A stretch of DNA of 64,000 nucleotides from positions 60,184 to 124,183 of IMG/VR virus record IMGVR_UViG_3300023184_003735; one strand, 5' to 3'. A program made the translations under genes and the position numbers. Origin of the DNA: a virus. Below the pieces are notes generated by a model. The model saw nothing but the letters and a program-made list of their open reading frames with translations. It had not been told where the DNA came from and made no database searches. This document shows positions 10,632 through 20,688 of the stretch, in pieces. Positions within the stretch are counted from its first letter, which is position 1. Each line of letters begins with the position of its first letter.

Positions 10632-11501
10632 TTGTTTGACCTGATCAATTACCTGAGCCACTTGCTTGGCTGATTCTAGTCCGGTACTGGGTTTCTGTTT
10701 GGTAGCCACACAATCGACCCAGTGTTTTAATTCTGCTTCCAGTGGACTGAGATTGTGAGTATACACAATAGTCACAGGGTCAGAATCCATCACTGCTCGA
10801 CGGTCTTGTATGGTATTTTTTGCGACTGTGATTGTGTTGGCATCTTGATCCCAAACAATTTGTCCTTGACTGCCCATGATAATGGTTTGTCTAGTACGCA
10901 CAGGCCAATGCCAACTGACATCAATATCGAAAGTAACATTGTTGGCTATGCCTGAGAACCACACACGGTCTGGTTGTATATTATTGCTATAGTTCCAGGC
11001 CTGTGCTTGAATAGCAACAGGTGTACCATTTGCTATTTCTGCAACAATACTGATATCATGTGTGCCCAAACTAAGCAAGGGATCTGTTCGGGTTTGATAT
11101 ATGCCCCAGTTGAGTCTACGACTGGACACATGTACTAGATCACCAATGTCACCACGAGCAATAATATCTTTGATTTCTTGCATCTGCGGATGATGTACAA
11201 AGATATGTCCCACCATCAATACTTGTCCAGACCCAAGTGATTTTTCAATATCCAACACCTGTTCCAGTGTTTCGGCCATGGGCTTTTCTACATATAGATC
11301 ATGACCACGTTGGAGCAATTGGCATGTTTGCTCATGATGTTGCCACAGTGGTGTAGCCAACATCACAGGATCCAAGGTATCAATGTCGTTGATGGTTTGG
11401 CCATTACGTATGTCTATTACCGTGGCCGCCACATCAAACTTTTTTAAACTGGTCAGTAGTTTGCTACCCCAGTATCCGGCACCAACCAACCACATGTTCA
11501 T
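10623..11501 (-). CDS. Gfo/Idh/MocA family oxidoreductase
   Basis: GAGYWG Rossmann, ATP..H, YVEKP motifs. Confidence 0.9.
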   Translation of the reverse strand: MNMWLVGAGYWGSKLLTSLKKFDVAATVIDIRNGQTINDIDTLDPVMLATPLWQHHEQTCQLLQRGHDLYVEKPMAETLEQVLDIEKSLGSGQVLMVGHIFVHHPQMQEIKDIIARGDIGDLVHVSSRRLNWGIYQTRTDPLLSLGTHDISIVAEIANGTPVAIQAQAWNYSNNIQPDRVWFSGIANNVTFDIDVSWHWPVRTRQTIIMGSQGQIVWDQDANTITVAKNTIQDRRAVMDSDPVTIVYTHNLSPLEAELKHWVDCVATKQKPSTGLESAKQVAQVIDQVKQLL

Positions 11502-12583
11502 TGAAAAAACCTCCGAACGGTATCACTAATATATTTGCACTCTTCTTCAGTTAAACTGTAGTAACACGGCAAACTCAAAATTTCATTTACAGTACGCTCT
11601 GCTACTGGACAAGGTGAATACCACTTGCGGTAAGCCGGTTGTAAGTGTGTGGTAGTGGCATAATGTATGTTGGTTTGTATTCCATGTTGTGCTAGATACT
11701 GCTTTAATTCATCACGACGAGGAGTTTGTATAACGTATACATAATGCCCTTGGCCTACATTGGGATCAAGTCGAACAGTTTTAACTATATCCTGAAGTTG
11801 TGCATTATAATAACTGCTAATTGCACGTTTACGATTGACCCAGTGTGCTAATTTAGGTAACTTGGCCAATACAATGTTGCTTTGCATGTTGTCAATCCTG
11901 GCATTGTATCCTAGTTCCACAATGTCGTAACGACCGGTACGTCCATGATCTCTATACATACGCACACGATCCATCATTTGTTGTGATCCGGTCACACAAC
12001 CAGCATCGCCCATGGCACCCAAATTCTTTACAGGATTAAAACTAAAACAAGTTAAATCAGCGATGCTTCCTATTGGTTGTCCGCGCCATTGTGTGCCAAG
12101 ACTGTGTGCGGCATCTTCAATCATGACAAGATTGTGCTGTGTACAAATTGCTCGCAGTCGATCCAGATCAGGACATTGTCCATAAATGTCCACAAACAGT
12201 ACCGCACGACTACGCGAAGTAATTTTGGTTTCTAATATATCTAGATCAATAAGATGTGTATCAGGATCAATATCAACAAACACTGGATCTGCACCGGTCA
12301 TGACAATGGCTTCAGTTGTGGCCACAAACGTATGCGGAGTAGTCAACACTTCATCACCGGCACCAATACCTGCGGCACGTAAACTGCATAACAATGCCAT
12401 GGTTCCTGATCCAGTACTGGCGCAATCTTCTGCCCCCACATACTGTGCCAGGACTTTTTCAAAACGTGTCACATCAGGCCCAGTAATAAAACTAGAGGAT
12501 TTTATAGTGCCAGCAATGGCAGAATCAATTTCTGCTTGACAGTCTAGATACTGTTGATATAATTTAGTAAAGGAAATATTCAT
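11498..12583 (-). CDS. DegT/DnrJ/EryC1/StrS family sugar aminotransferase
   Basis: IEDAAH, SFNPVKNLGAMGDAG (PLP Lys), GYNARID. Confidence 0.93.
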   Translation of the reverse strand: MNISFTKLYQQYLDCQAEIDSAIAGTIKSSSFITGPDVTRFEKVLAQYVGAEDCASTGSGTMALLCSLRAAGIGAGDEVLTTPHTFVATTEAIVMTGADPVFVDIDPDTHLIDLDILETKITSRSRAVLFVDIYGQCPDLDRLRAICTQHNLVMIEDAAHSLGTQWRGQPIGSIADLTCFSFNPVKNLGAMGDAGCVTGSQQMMDRVRMYRDHGRTGRYDIVELGYNARIDNMQSNIVLAKLPKLAHWVNRKRAISSYYNAQLQDIVKTVRLDPNVGQGHYVYVIQTPRRDELKQYLAQHGIQTNIHYATTTHLQPAYRKWYSPCPVAERTVNEILSLPCYYSLTEEECKYISDTVRRFFQ

Positions 12584-13551
12584 TTTTGTATTCTGTTTTG
12601 CCAGTATGTGCTGTTAGAAAGCCACTCATAATATTTTTGAAATCCTTGTTCTACATCCACTTGGGGGTCAAATCCCAGTATCACTCGAGCACGATCAATG
12701 CACAACGCACCACGGCTGGGAAAGTCTGCATCTCGGTCTTGAGTTTCAATTGTGCCCCGGCCCACAATCTTAACAATCATTTCTGCGGCGTCTAACAAAC
12801 TAACTGAGCGTGATCGAGTAATATTGAATGTTTTATTGGCACTCATGATACGTGTGGCGGCTGCAACAATACCATCTGCGGCATCATCTACATAGGTAAA
12901 GTCTAGCGTCTCCCCTGCCCCATTAACATGGAGAATGCCCCCTCGCATGGCACCAAGCATGAACTTTGCAACCACTCGGTCTTCGACGTCCAAGGGCCCA
13001 TACACAGCACTGGGACGAACGATGCAATAATCAAAACAATTGCGACGATGATAATCTTTAACAAGATCTTCTCCTGCGAGTTTCATAATACCATACTGAC
13101 CAATAGGTTTACAGTCATGATCTTCTAACACCTGATCCGCAAAGTCACCGTATACCATGCTACTAGATATGTACACCACACGCTCTACACCGTGCTTTTT
13201 GGCACTTTCGCAAACGTTTATCAAACCCTCTATCATGACTCTAGCACCCCAGGCAGGATTAGCATTTACAACTTTCTGTCGGGGAAAACTTGCCATGTGA
13301 ATGATCACATCAGGCCGGTGTTCTTCTACCACACGATCAAATGCCCAGGCATCTGAGACGTCAGTACGATATACATCCTGTGTTGCAATCTTCTTGCGTC
13401 GCTCATCCAACAAGTATTCCAGTTCGTCTTGTGGTACGATGCCATAGTTGGTCATGATGTCCACAATCACAACTTCGTGTTCTTTTGCTTCTAATCGTTG
13501 CACTACATTGTGCCCGATCAAGCCCATGCCACCAGTTACTAAAAATTTCAT
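12580..13551 (-). CDS. NAD-dependent epimerase/dehydratase
   Basis: TGGMGLIG, SSSMVYG, YGIMK. Confidence 0.9.
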   Translation of the reverse strand: MKFLVTGGMGLIGHNVVQRLEAKEHEVVIVDIMTNYGIVPQDELEYLLDERRKKIATQDVYRTDVSDAWAFDRVVEEHRPDVIIHMASFPRQKVVNANPAWGARVMIEGLINVCESAKKHGVERVVYISSSMVYGDFADQVLEDHDCKPIGQYGIMKLAGEDLVKDYHRRNCFDYCIVRPSAVYGPLDVEDRVVAKFMLGAMRGGILHVNGAGETLDFTYVDDAADGIVAAATRIMSANKTFNITRSRSVSLLDAAEMIVKIVGRGTIETQDRDADFPSRGALCIDRARVILGFDPQVDVEQGFQKYYEWLSNSTYWQNRIQK

Positions 13552-13552
13552 A

Positions 13553-13903
13553 TCAAATCCAGTGTTGTGCTAGTACCATTAAACTTAGCCACGCCCACAT
13601 AGTGTTAAATCCTACCAGTGTTGGCAATGCTTTTTTACGGCTTGCCCAAATTAGTGTAACACTGGTCAATAGTGTTAGGTAGTATAATTCCCAGATCTGA
13701 ATACCAAAGATCAATCCCGGAATAATAATAATTGCCTTGGCCAACCAACTCACAAACTCTACTGTGTTGTATCCTGTCCAGTATTCCTTTGTGAACCACA
13801 TCATATAACAGTCACGCATGTTCCGCCAACCACTGTGGCTATAACTGATAACCATCAGTACTAACCATACACCTACTGCTAGTAAAATTTGTTCTGTTGT
13901 CAT
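13553..13903 (-). CDS. Small membrane protein
   Basis: 116 aa with several hydrophobic segments. Confidence 0.7.
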   Translation of the reverse strand: MTTEQILLAVGVWLVLMVISYSHSGWRNMRDCYMMWFTKEYWTGYNTVEFVSWLAKAIIIIPGLIFGIQIWELYYLTLLTSVTLIWASRKKALPTLVGFNTMWAWLSLMVLAQHWI

Positions 13904-14226
13904 TTAATATCTCCCCATTTAAGTTTCCAAAAAGTTTCGTTTTGTTCACTGAGCCGAGCCACAATGCGATACAGGTGTCCATACGTGTGCGGATCCATTG
14001 TCCGAGTCCAGTAAGGTTTGTCCACAGCATGTTCCATTATAAACTTACCAGCATCTGATTCTTGCCACTTCCACATGGGTTCGGCCACAAACAAGTCTGG
14101 ATCTTCAACATCACCCATACGTATTTCATGCACACATACGTCACGAAAACGTACTGCCTTATTGTTGATGATTTTGACTTGTTCAGGTTGCCAATGCTCT
14201 ACTTGCTCATTGTGTGTTATTGCCAT
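13900..14226 (-). CDS. Hypothetical phage protein
   Basis: ORF coupled to next gene by ATGA-type overlap. Confidence 0.7.
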   Translation of the reverse strand: MAITHNEQVEHWQPEQVKIINNKAVRFRDVCVHEIRMGDVEDPDLFVAEPMWKWQESDAGKFIMEHAVDKPYWTRTMDPHTYGHLYRIVARLSEQNETFWKLKWGDIK

Positions 14227-14246
14227 ACACAAGTATAGCAGAGCAG

Positions 14247-14918
14247 TTAGTTTTTTGCAACCAAGTCGGTGGCCATTGGGAAGATTGCGGCAATGGCTCT
14301 AGCACACTCAACTGCCACTGCTTGATGTTCCAGTTGTGTTCCATTGCCTGAACGTAATTCAATAAAGTGTATCCATGAGCGCAAGGTACCGTTCATGTAC
14401 AAGCGACTTTGAATTAGTCCTTCTGGTAGCACAGCACGAGCCTGTTCCTTGGCAATACCGTTAGCAATAGCCCATTCGTATTCGCGCCGGGCCGCATAGA
14501 TAACTCGCTGTTGAGCACGATACCAATCGTTCTCCAACAAGGTGTCCGCATGCTCTATGCTGTTTTGTCGATTCTTTGGGTCTTGAAGTCTTCCACTGCG
14601 GGTAACAAATTCAAGATCTTTTGTCGGGTCAGCATATCGTTGACTGAATTCTTGGAAACTGAAACTTCGGTGTCTAAGGATTTGCCGTGCAATATCTCGT
14701 GTTGTCGTAATTTCCATGCAAGCACTGACCATTTCGAGTGGACTCCAGTGTTGGTGTCGGACAAGGTATCGGATGAGTTTTTCGCTTGTGTCATTGTTGA
14801 ACTGGTTGGAGGGATTGGATACTCGTGCGCAGAAAGCGATAAGTTCTTGAGCATCGTCAATGCCCTGATTTCTGAAGTCTTCTGTTGGCTGTGAATAGGA
14901 GACAAGTTTAACATTCAT
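14247..14918 (-). CDS. thyX: FAD-dependent thymidylate synthase
   Basis: HWSPLE and RHRSFSFQEFSQRY ThyX signature. Confidence 0.96.
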   Translation of the reverse strand: MNVKLVSYSQPTEDFRNQGIDDAQELIAFCARVSNPSNQFNNDTSEKLIRYLVRHQHWSPLEMVSACMEITTTRDIARQILRHRSFSFQEFSQRYADPTKDLEFVTRSGRLQDPKNRQNSIEHADTLLENDWYRAQQRVIYAARREYEWAIANGIAKEQARAVLPEGLIQSRLYMNGTLRSWIHFIELRSGNGTQLEHQAVAVECARAIAAIFPMATDLVAKN

Positions 14919-15217
14919 AGATCTTTTAAGAGTTTATCGGTTTCAGGCTGAACCATTTTGGCAACTTCTGAGACATCAACCACAAAGTCAATGTCACGAA
15001 CTGTGTCGCCAAGTTCAGTTAGTGTACGGGTCAAGATCGTTTCAACTTCTTCTAAATCAAGACCTTGTTTTCTTAATGCAGACAAATTGATCGTTTTTTG
15101 TTTACGATCACTTAATCTGATTACAACTTTTTTAATGCATTCAAGTGGGACTTCGGTTTTATTGACTTCTTCAATGATGTGTTCCCACTGTTGAATAAAT
15201 TCATCACTGAACGGCAT
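14915..15217 (-). CDS. Hypothetical protein
   Basis: 100-aa ORF in operon. Confidence 0.7.
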   Translation of the reverse strand: MPFSDEFIQQWEHIIEEVNKTEVPLECIKKVVIRLSDRKQKTINLSALRKQGLDLEEVETILTRTLTELGDTVRDIDFVVDVSEVAKMVQPETDKLLKDL

Positions 15218-15947
15218 CGGCAGTCGCTACCTTGGATTTAGGAGGACGACCTTTTTTGGGTGCCGTTGGGGTAACTGTTGCTGTGGCGGTTGCAGAATAT
15301 TCATTTGCGTTTACATTGGGATTTAAATTCTGTGCTTCTTTTTTCATTCTAGCGGCTTCGGCAATCATGCCCTTGGCCTCAGTCTCCATGCGCTTGGCTT
15401 GTGCCAACATGTTGGACGCAAGAGTCTTGTCATCCAGTGCACCATCTGCTGATTGCAGTGGTGGTACATAAGGTGTTCTTGTGTCTTGTGCTTTGCGTTC
15501 TTCTCTACGTTTGAACTCGGCTTCTGCTTTGCGCTTCTGTGAAGGATCAACTATGCCGGCGCTGGCATCAAGTTCTTGCAATCGCTTGAGTGCTTCTCCG
15601 CCTTGTTCCATTTCACGAATAATCTTGTTCATCTCATCCAACTTTACATTGCTTTGTGGTGTGGGAGTCACAATAACTTGATTGGTTGGAATCTTCTTGA
15701 TCATGCCCTCGCGGTGCAATGACTCCAGTTGTGGTCTACCATCTGGCAGTAGATTGCGATGCAACACTTCTGACAGATTAGTTGCCGCTTGACCTGGGGC
15801 ACTTTCTAATGTGGCCATAATTGAATTATGGATATGTGTGGGCATGGTTTCTGGATATACCACAAGGCACATGTGCTCCTCACCGGGTACTTCTCTAAAG
15901 AGAATAGCAACCTTGCGGTCACCGTGTCGTCCTATATGTTTAAGCAT
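15204..15947 (-). CDS. Hypothetical protein with coiled-coil and basic tail
   Basis: 247 aa; C-terminal KKGRPPK AT-hook-like motif; SD AGGAG upstream. Confidence 0.75.
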   Translation of the reverse strand: MLKHIGRHGDRKVAILFREVPGEEHMCLVVYPETMPTHIHNSIMATLESAPGQAATNLSEVLHRNLLPDGRPQLESLHREGMIKKIPTNQVIVTPTPQSNVKLDEMNKIIREMEQGGEALKRLQELDASAGIVDPSQKRKAEAEFKRREERKAQDTRTPYVPPLQSADGALDDKTLASNMLAQAKRMETEAKGMIAEAARMKKEAQNLNPNVNANEYSATATATVTPTAPKKGRPPKSKVATADAVQ

Positions 15948-16149
15948 TTTGATCTCCTTGAGGTTGTGCTTGTTTTGCTTCTTGGGCTTTCTGTTGGGCT
16001 ACAATAGAGTCCAGGAATGCGGAAAGTTTGTCGTAGACGTCGCCAACAGATTTCATCTCTGCGGCTCGGAATGCACCGCGAGTACATGCGGCATCGATAA
16101 GTTGTTTGAGGCTTGCCAAATCGGCAATGGTAAGTTGTGCGTTTTCCAT
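15940..16149 (-). CDS. Hypothetical protein
   Basis: 69-aa ORF in operon. Confidence 0.7.
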   Translation of the reverse strand: MENAQLTIADLASLKQLIDAACTRGAFRAAEMKSVGDVYDKLSAFLDSIVAQQKAQEAKQAQPQGDQNA

Positions 16150-16186
16150 ATAGATATTTAATGTCTAAATACCTAGAGAAATAATT

Positions 16187-16402
16187 TTAGTCGGTATTTT
16201 GGAGAAATTCGTTCAGGCGATCTACTGCTTCGTCAAAGTCTATAGCCCAAACTCGTGCTTCTAGTATGTTACCTGTTATCTGCATATCAAAAGGTATAAC
16301 ACCACGAAATCCAAAATCATCAGGAAGTTCGGTAGTAACTGTAAATTCCTGTAAGTGCTTTGCTCTAAATATTAGATTGGTAGCCATGTCAACTGAGTTC
16401 AT
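16187..16402 (-). CDS. Hypothetical protein
   Basis: 71-aa ORF. Confidence 0.65.
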   Translation of the reverse strand: MNSVDMATNLIFRAKHLQEFTVTTELPDDFGFRGVIPFDMQITGNILEARVWAIDFDEAVDRLNEFLQNTD

Positions 16403-16635
16403 CGGTACTCCTTAATGTCCTTGTGTTTGACAACAACAACATTATATATCTGACCATCGAACCGGATGGGTAAATCTAGATGTACTGTGACTTCGGGACC
16501 ATTGTGATTGATAACTCGGTCGTTACCAACCGAGCCCACGAATGGAATTTTATTCCAGTGTCCAAACACACGATCACCTATGTTGTAAGTGCTCATATAG
16601 GGATCACGCATGAACCAATCAGTTAGGTTGCCCAT
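16399..16635 (-). CDS. Hypothetical protein (SH3-like)
   Basis: YNIGDRVFG pattern; start set at MGNLTD. Confidence 0.6.
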   Translation of the reverse strand: MGNLTDWFMRDPYMSTYNIGDRVFGHWNKIPFVGSVGNDRVINHNGPEVTVHLDLPIRFDGQIYNVVVVKHKDIKEYR

Positions 16636-16810
16636 GCTGTCCAATTTTTTTGCCCGACAGCAACAAGTTTGCCACCGAAACAAACAGGCTCAAACAACCA
16701 TACGTCATGTCTCCTCGGGCAAAATAATCTGCGGCACTCATCAAAGCAATACCTGACACAAAGCCAGAAATAACGTCTTGGTGTTTTACAAACCATGCAT
16801 AAAATTTCAT
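16619..16810 (-). CDS. Small membrane protein
   Basis: Two hydrophobic segments. Confidence 0.6.
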   Translation of the reverse strand: MKFYAWFVKHQDVISGFVSGIALMSAADYFARGDMTYGCLSLFVSVANLLLSGKKIGQHGQPN

Positions 16811-16989
16811 ACTAAATCCTTAAACATTTGTTTACGTCCGACTTCACCAAGGTGATAGTCGAACAATTCCCTTGTGCGTTGCAACATAGCACAAGCCATC
16901 ATCAATTGATCTTCACGATCGTCACACATCATAATCTGTTGCTCAACGGGTGCCATGAGTTCTCTCATGCGTTGTTCTACCTCGCTCAC
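16807..16989 (-). CDS. Hypothetical protein
   Basis: 60-aa ORF with overlaps to neighbours. Confidence 0.6.
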   Translation of the reverse strand: MSEVEQRMRELMAPVEQQIMMCDDREDQLMMACAMLQRTRELFDYHLGEVGRKQMFKDLV

Positions 16990-17195
16990 ATTTTTCTTTC
17001 GTGAATCATAGATTCAAATGTGTTCCACAAACGATCAAACTTGCGCTCGTAGTATTGTGCTAGAGCCGCAAACTCTTCAGATGTGGCACTCTCAGCAACA
17101 TAGTGTTTGATGTCGTCAGTGATGTTCCAGCATTGCAAAATCTCTTGCTCAAGATCAAATCGATCTTTTGTTTTCTCAATCATTTCGATTTCCAT
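16986..17195 (-). CDS. Hypothetical protein
   Basis: SD GGAGG before MEIEM. Confidence 0.65.
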   Translation of the reverse strand: MEIEMIEKTKDRFDLEQEILQCWNITDDIKHYVAESATSEEFAALAQYYERKFDRLWNTFESMIHERKM

Positions 17196-17331
17196 TTGGG
17201 TTCCTCCATTGGTGTTTGGCCAGTTTCGCTTCTTCATAAATCCTCTTACATATAATCCATATTGGATGCCAAAAGTATCCTAGTACAAAGCCCCAGACAA
17301 AAGGCGCTAGTGCTTGCAAAAAATCATTCAC
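17176..17331 (-). CDS. Small membrane protein (51 aa, MNDFLQALAPFVWGFVLGYFWHPIW...)
   Basis: Not in ORF track; GTGA overlap with upstream stop, fills gap. Confidence 0.55.
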   Translation of the reverse strand: MNDFLQALAPFVWGFVLGYFWHPIWIICKRIYEEAKLAKHQWRNPNGNRND

Positions 17332-17558
17332 GATGCAACTCCAAAATGTTCTTTAATTCTCATACCGTTTGTTTTGGTAATATATCCGCAACCAACTGAA
17401 TTGGATCTCTCGGTATCGGCAATTAGCGCACATTCTCTCACAATTAACCGGGCAAACTTTTCAATATCAAAGTGCTCGTCAATCATGAACGTTTGGTTGC
17501 CATACACTTGATTCCAAGCACCGCACTCACGTGCAAATTTTTCTACAAGTTCAATCAT
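17328..17558 (-). CDS. Hypothetical phage protein
   Basis: EKFARLIVREC...IKEHFGV; TAATG coupling to vWA gene. Confidence 0.65.
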   Translation of the reverse strand: MIELVEKFARECGAWNQVYGNQTFMIDEHFDIEKFARLIVRECALIADTERSNSVGCGYITKTNGMRIKEHFGVAS

Positions 17559-18826
17559 TACTCGGCCTCGTCGTAGTAGGCATATTGCCCCCAAGGTGGC
17601 TCAATAGTTGTGGTACCATGCAAGATCCAAACAGTATCTGCATAGTTCTCATCACCCCACGAACCAAACGGGTAGCCGTCTGTAAACACAACCAGTCGCT
17701 TGGGCTCGATTTCATTGTCTTTCAAGTACTTGAAGATACAATCAAAGTCAGTACCACCACCACCTGTTACTTCGTAGTCACAGATGTCTTCCAAGTTGTC
17801 TGAGTCATATTGTGCAGGGTTGTATGCATCAGTATCAAACGTAATAACGTGAATACGATATGCAGGGAACGAATCCATAATGCCTTGGATCTCGCCCAAG
17901 AAGTCTTTCAACATCTTTTCGCTAATACTGCCCGAAGCATCCAGCGCAACAGCAATATCAATCATGGGATCCAGTTTCATTCCCGGCATCACAGCATCCA
18001 TGTGCCAACCTTTACGGCTGGCCCGCATCCAAGTGTAATCTGATTTGATAGTGCTTTCTAATTGCATACGCAACAATTCGCGCCAGTTCATCTTGGGTTC
18101 GGTCATGTCTTGTATAAGACGCTTGACACCCGCTGGGATATTGCCTGCACCGTCCACTGTAGCGGCCGCCGCCAACATGGCCTCTTTGATCTCGTCTTTG
18201 ATGGCTTGTCGTTCTTCGGGTGTTAGTTTGGGACGACCTTTGCCTTCTTTCTCGTCCCCGTTACCATCATTGTCACCCTCACCATCCATGTGCTCGTCAA
18301 TCATTTTGTCTAGCAAATCTGACAAATTAATTTTATCTGCTTTTTCGTACAACTGGTCATAGATCTCTTCTGAACTAAGGCCGTCATACTTGCGATCAAA
18401 CAAACAAGGCACTGACGTAATCATGTCACCTACCTTGTGTTTTACCAAGTCGCCGTTCACAGCAAAGTCGTTAGCAATGTTCCACAACTGTGGATCACGA
18501 TCGCCTCTACGTCCAAAGTGATCATAAACACAATGCAGGACCTCGTGTCCAAACAAGAACTCAATCTCTTTGGGCTTGAGCATTTTGATAAAGCGAGTGT
18601 TGTAATAGAAGTTTCTGCCGTCTGTTGCGGCAGTGGCACACCACTCGTCAGCATTGACCAATTTCAAACGAGTAGCAAGGTTGCCAAAGAAACTGGCCTT
18701 TAACAACAGGCCCACACGAGCAGTTATTAATTGTTCACGCACAATTTTGTCAAGTTTGGTGTCCATGGGTCCAATAAGATCTTTGAACTTATCAGACTCT
18801 TTTTTGTTTACTGTACTGGTAGTCAT
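17558..18826 (-). CDS. Metallopeptidase-vWA domain protein (DUF2201-like)
   Basis: AATDG, HEVLH zinc motif, DASGS MIDAS, GGGGTDF, VFTDG. Confidence 0.88.
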   Translation of the reverse strand: MTTSTVNKKESDKFKDLIGPMDTKLDKIVREQLITARVGLLLKASFFGNLATRLKLVNADEWCATAATDGRNFYYNTRFIKMLKPKEIEFLFGHEVLHCVYDHFGRRGDRDPQLWNIANDFAVNGDLVKHKVGDMITSVPCLFDRKYDGLSSEEIYDQLYEKADKINLSDLLDKMIDEHMDGEGDNDGNGDEKEGKGRPKLTPEERQAIKDEIKEAMLAAAATVDGAGNIPAGVKRLIQDMTEPKMNWRELLRMQLESTIKSDYTWMRASRKGWHMDAVMPGMKLDPMIDIAVALDASGSISEKMLKDFLGEIQGIMDSFPAYRIHVITFDTDAYNPAQYDSDNLEDICDYEVTGGGGTDFDCIFKYLKDNEIEPKRLVVFTDGYPFGSWGDENYADTVWILHGTTTIEPPWGQYAYYDEAE

Positions 18827-18852
18827 GTGTGTCCTTTGTTGCTTATGTGTAT

Positions 18853-18881
18853 ATTATAGCAGATCATGAATTATTCGTCAA
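18853..18881 (-). promoter_or_regulatory. sigma70-like promoter TTGACG-N17-TATAAT
   Basis: Exact spacing, TG extended -10, upstream of vWA gene. Confidence 0.75.
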
Positions 18882-18895
18882 GTAGTACTCAAGTA

Positions 18896-19180
18896 CTACC
18901 GATTCAAGTACTTGAGTTGAAACCATGATTGTGCTGATTCCGAGAAGAAATCCAAGTGTATCTGTTCCTCAGGGTATTTAAGTTGATACTCGCCTTCCGT
19001 CTTGCCACTTGAGATCCAGGTGGTATGGGATCTCCAACTGAAACCCAGTCTTTCACGCCTGGCATAACTGATGTTGATACTTTGCCCATATTCCTCTATT
19101 AGTCGTTTGCGAATAGGCATCCAATCCACAGGACTGTGAAAGATGATGAGATTCTTTTTTATGGTGATACGGGATGACAT
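18896..19180 (-). CDS. Hypothetical protein
   Basis: ORF between MoxR and vWA genes. Confidence 0.6.
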   Translation of the reverse strand: MSSRITIKKNLIIFHSPVDWMPIRKRLIEEYGQSINISYARRERLGFSWRSHTTWISSGKTEGEYQLKYPEEQIHLDFFSESAQSWFQLKYLNR

Positions 19181-19488
19181 AGCAAAAACCAACTGAGTGT
19201 TTTGTCGTTGTCAACATAGATTCGATAGTCGCCGTATTTGACAGCATAGGCCCACACAAGATTGATATCATCAGGCTGAATTGCATCCGGATTGTGACGT
19301 GCATTGTGCAACATCCGGGCTCGGGTCTCAACGTCCTGGCTCCAGCCAAAGTTCTGATTGAACCAACGTCGGCAACGATCAAAGTCCAACACGCCAGTGC
19401 CTACGTTTATGCGACTAGAGAATTCTATCAAATAGTCATAACCATGTCGGCTATACCTATTGTCCATTTTGGTGACTTTGTATTTCAT
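19159..19488 (-). CDS. Hypothetical protein
   Basis: ORF between MoxR and vWA genes. Confidence 0.6.
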   Translation of the reverse strand: MKYKVTKMDNRYSRHGYDYLIEFSSRINVGTGVLDFDRCRRWFNQNFGWSQDVETRARMLHNARHNPDAIQPDDINLVWAYAVKYGDYRIYVDNDKTLSWFLLCHPVSP

Positions 19489-19546
19489 ATAGAAAGGAGG
19501 GCAGTGCGACACAGCCCTGTGTATTTAACCACCACCCTCCTAAAAC

Positions 19547-20629
19547 TTAGGCGCTTGCCTGCAAGATGTACTTGCCGTAACGCTGGTGGAACTCGTCAAA
19601 GTTCTTCAACTTGGTTGGGAGGAAGGGCAAGTCGTATGTGGTCAACGCAATTCTAGCACCCATCACAGTCAACTCAGTCTCAAAGTTCTTCATCATGTAA
19701 CCCAGGAAGTTATCAGCCATCTCATGGAACTTCTTGTCTTCTACCTTGTTCTCAATAGCACCCTTGAGTTCATAACACATGGAGATCACCAAACTGTACA
19801 TGGCACTCACCTCTTTGACTTCCAGTGTCTTGACCTTGCCCGATAAGATGTCTGCTGGGTTAGGCATGCGGCCTGCAACCTTTTTATGCGCCATGAACTT
19901 CACAGCAAGACCTTCGCCTACAGTACCTGCAATCAGGTTCATTGTGGTGTCGTCGTCATCGTTTTCGTCCAACAACTGGCTCACAAAGGTCCAAGAGCGT
20001 GGTGTAGCAAATGCACGGCTGGCACTCTTGGCGTCAAAGTCGTACAGGTCCTGCTTGGCAAAACTCAAGTAACCCACCACGTCTTTGTGAACGCGATTGT
20101 TAACTGCCCACTCTTGCCAAGATGCAAAGTCCACCTTCATTTCTTGGTGAATAAAGCGATTTGCCAAGGGAGTTGGCATGCGATATGTAACGCCTTTGTC
20201 GCTCTCACGGTTGCCAGCGGCCACCATCACAACATTGTCGGGTAACCGATACTTGCCAATACGTCGATTCAAAATCAACTGATATGCGGCACTCTGAACA
20301 GACGGTGCGGCACTGTTAAGTTCGTCCAAGAACAACACCACAATAGGGAACTGACTGGCAGTTTCTTCATCGGGCAGTTCCACTGGGGGAGCCCAATCCA
20401 TCTTGCCAATGTCCTTGTTGTAAAACGGAATACCACGAATGTCTGTGGGCTCCATTTGGCCTAGTCGCAAGTCAATCATCAAGCCGCCAAGTTCGTTGGC
20501 AATGCCTTCCACAAGTTCGGATTTACCGATACCTGGAGGACCCCACAAGAACAAGGGACGTTTGACTCGGAATGCTTTGAGCAAAGATTTTTTTGCTTGA
20601 AGCGCGGTGACTGTACGGGATTCTGACAT
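19547..20629 (-). CDS. MoxR-like AAA+ ATPase
   Basis: Walker A GPPGIGKS, Walker B LFLDE, AAGN, LANRF, TPRSW. Confidence 0.9.
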   Translation of the reverse strand: MSESRTVTALQAKKSLLKAFRVKRPLFLWGPPGIGKSELVEGIANELGGLMIDLRLGQMEPTDIRGIPFYNKDIGKMDWAPPVELPDEETASQFPIVVLFLDELNSAAPSVQSAAYQLILNRRIGKYRLPDNVVMVAAGNRESDKGVTYRMPTPLANRFIHQEMKVDFASWQEWAVNNRVHKDVVGYLSFAKQDLYDFDAKSASRAFATPRSWTFVSQLLDENDDDDTTMNLIAGTVGEGLAVKFMAHKKVAGRMPNPADILSGKVKTLEVKEVSAMYSLVISMCYELKGAIENKVEDKKFHEMADNFLGYMMKNFETELTVMGARIALTTYDLPFLPTKLKNFDEFHQRYGKYILQASA

Positions 20630-20659
20630 GGGCTGTGCCTTTCAAGTTAATAAGTCTAT

Positions 20660-20688
20660 ATTGTAGCAGAAGTTGATTTTGTGGTCAA
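20660..20688 (-). promoter_or_regulatory. sigma70-like promoter TTGACC-N17-TACAAT
   Basis: Repeated phage promoter motif upstream of AAA gene. Confidence 0.7.
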
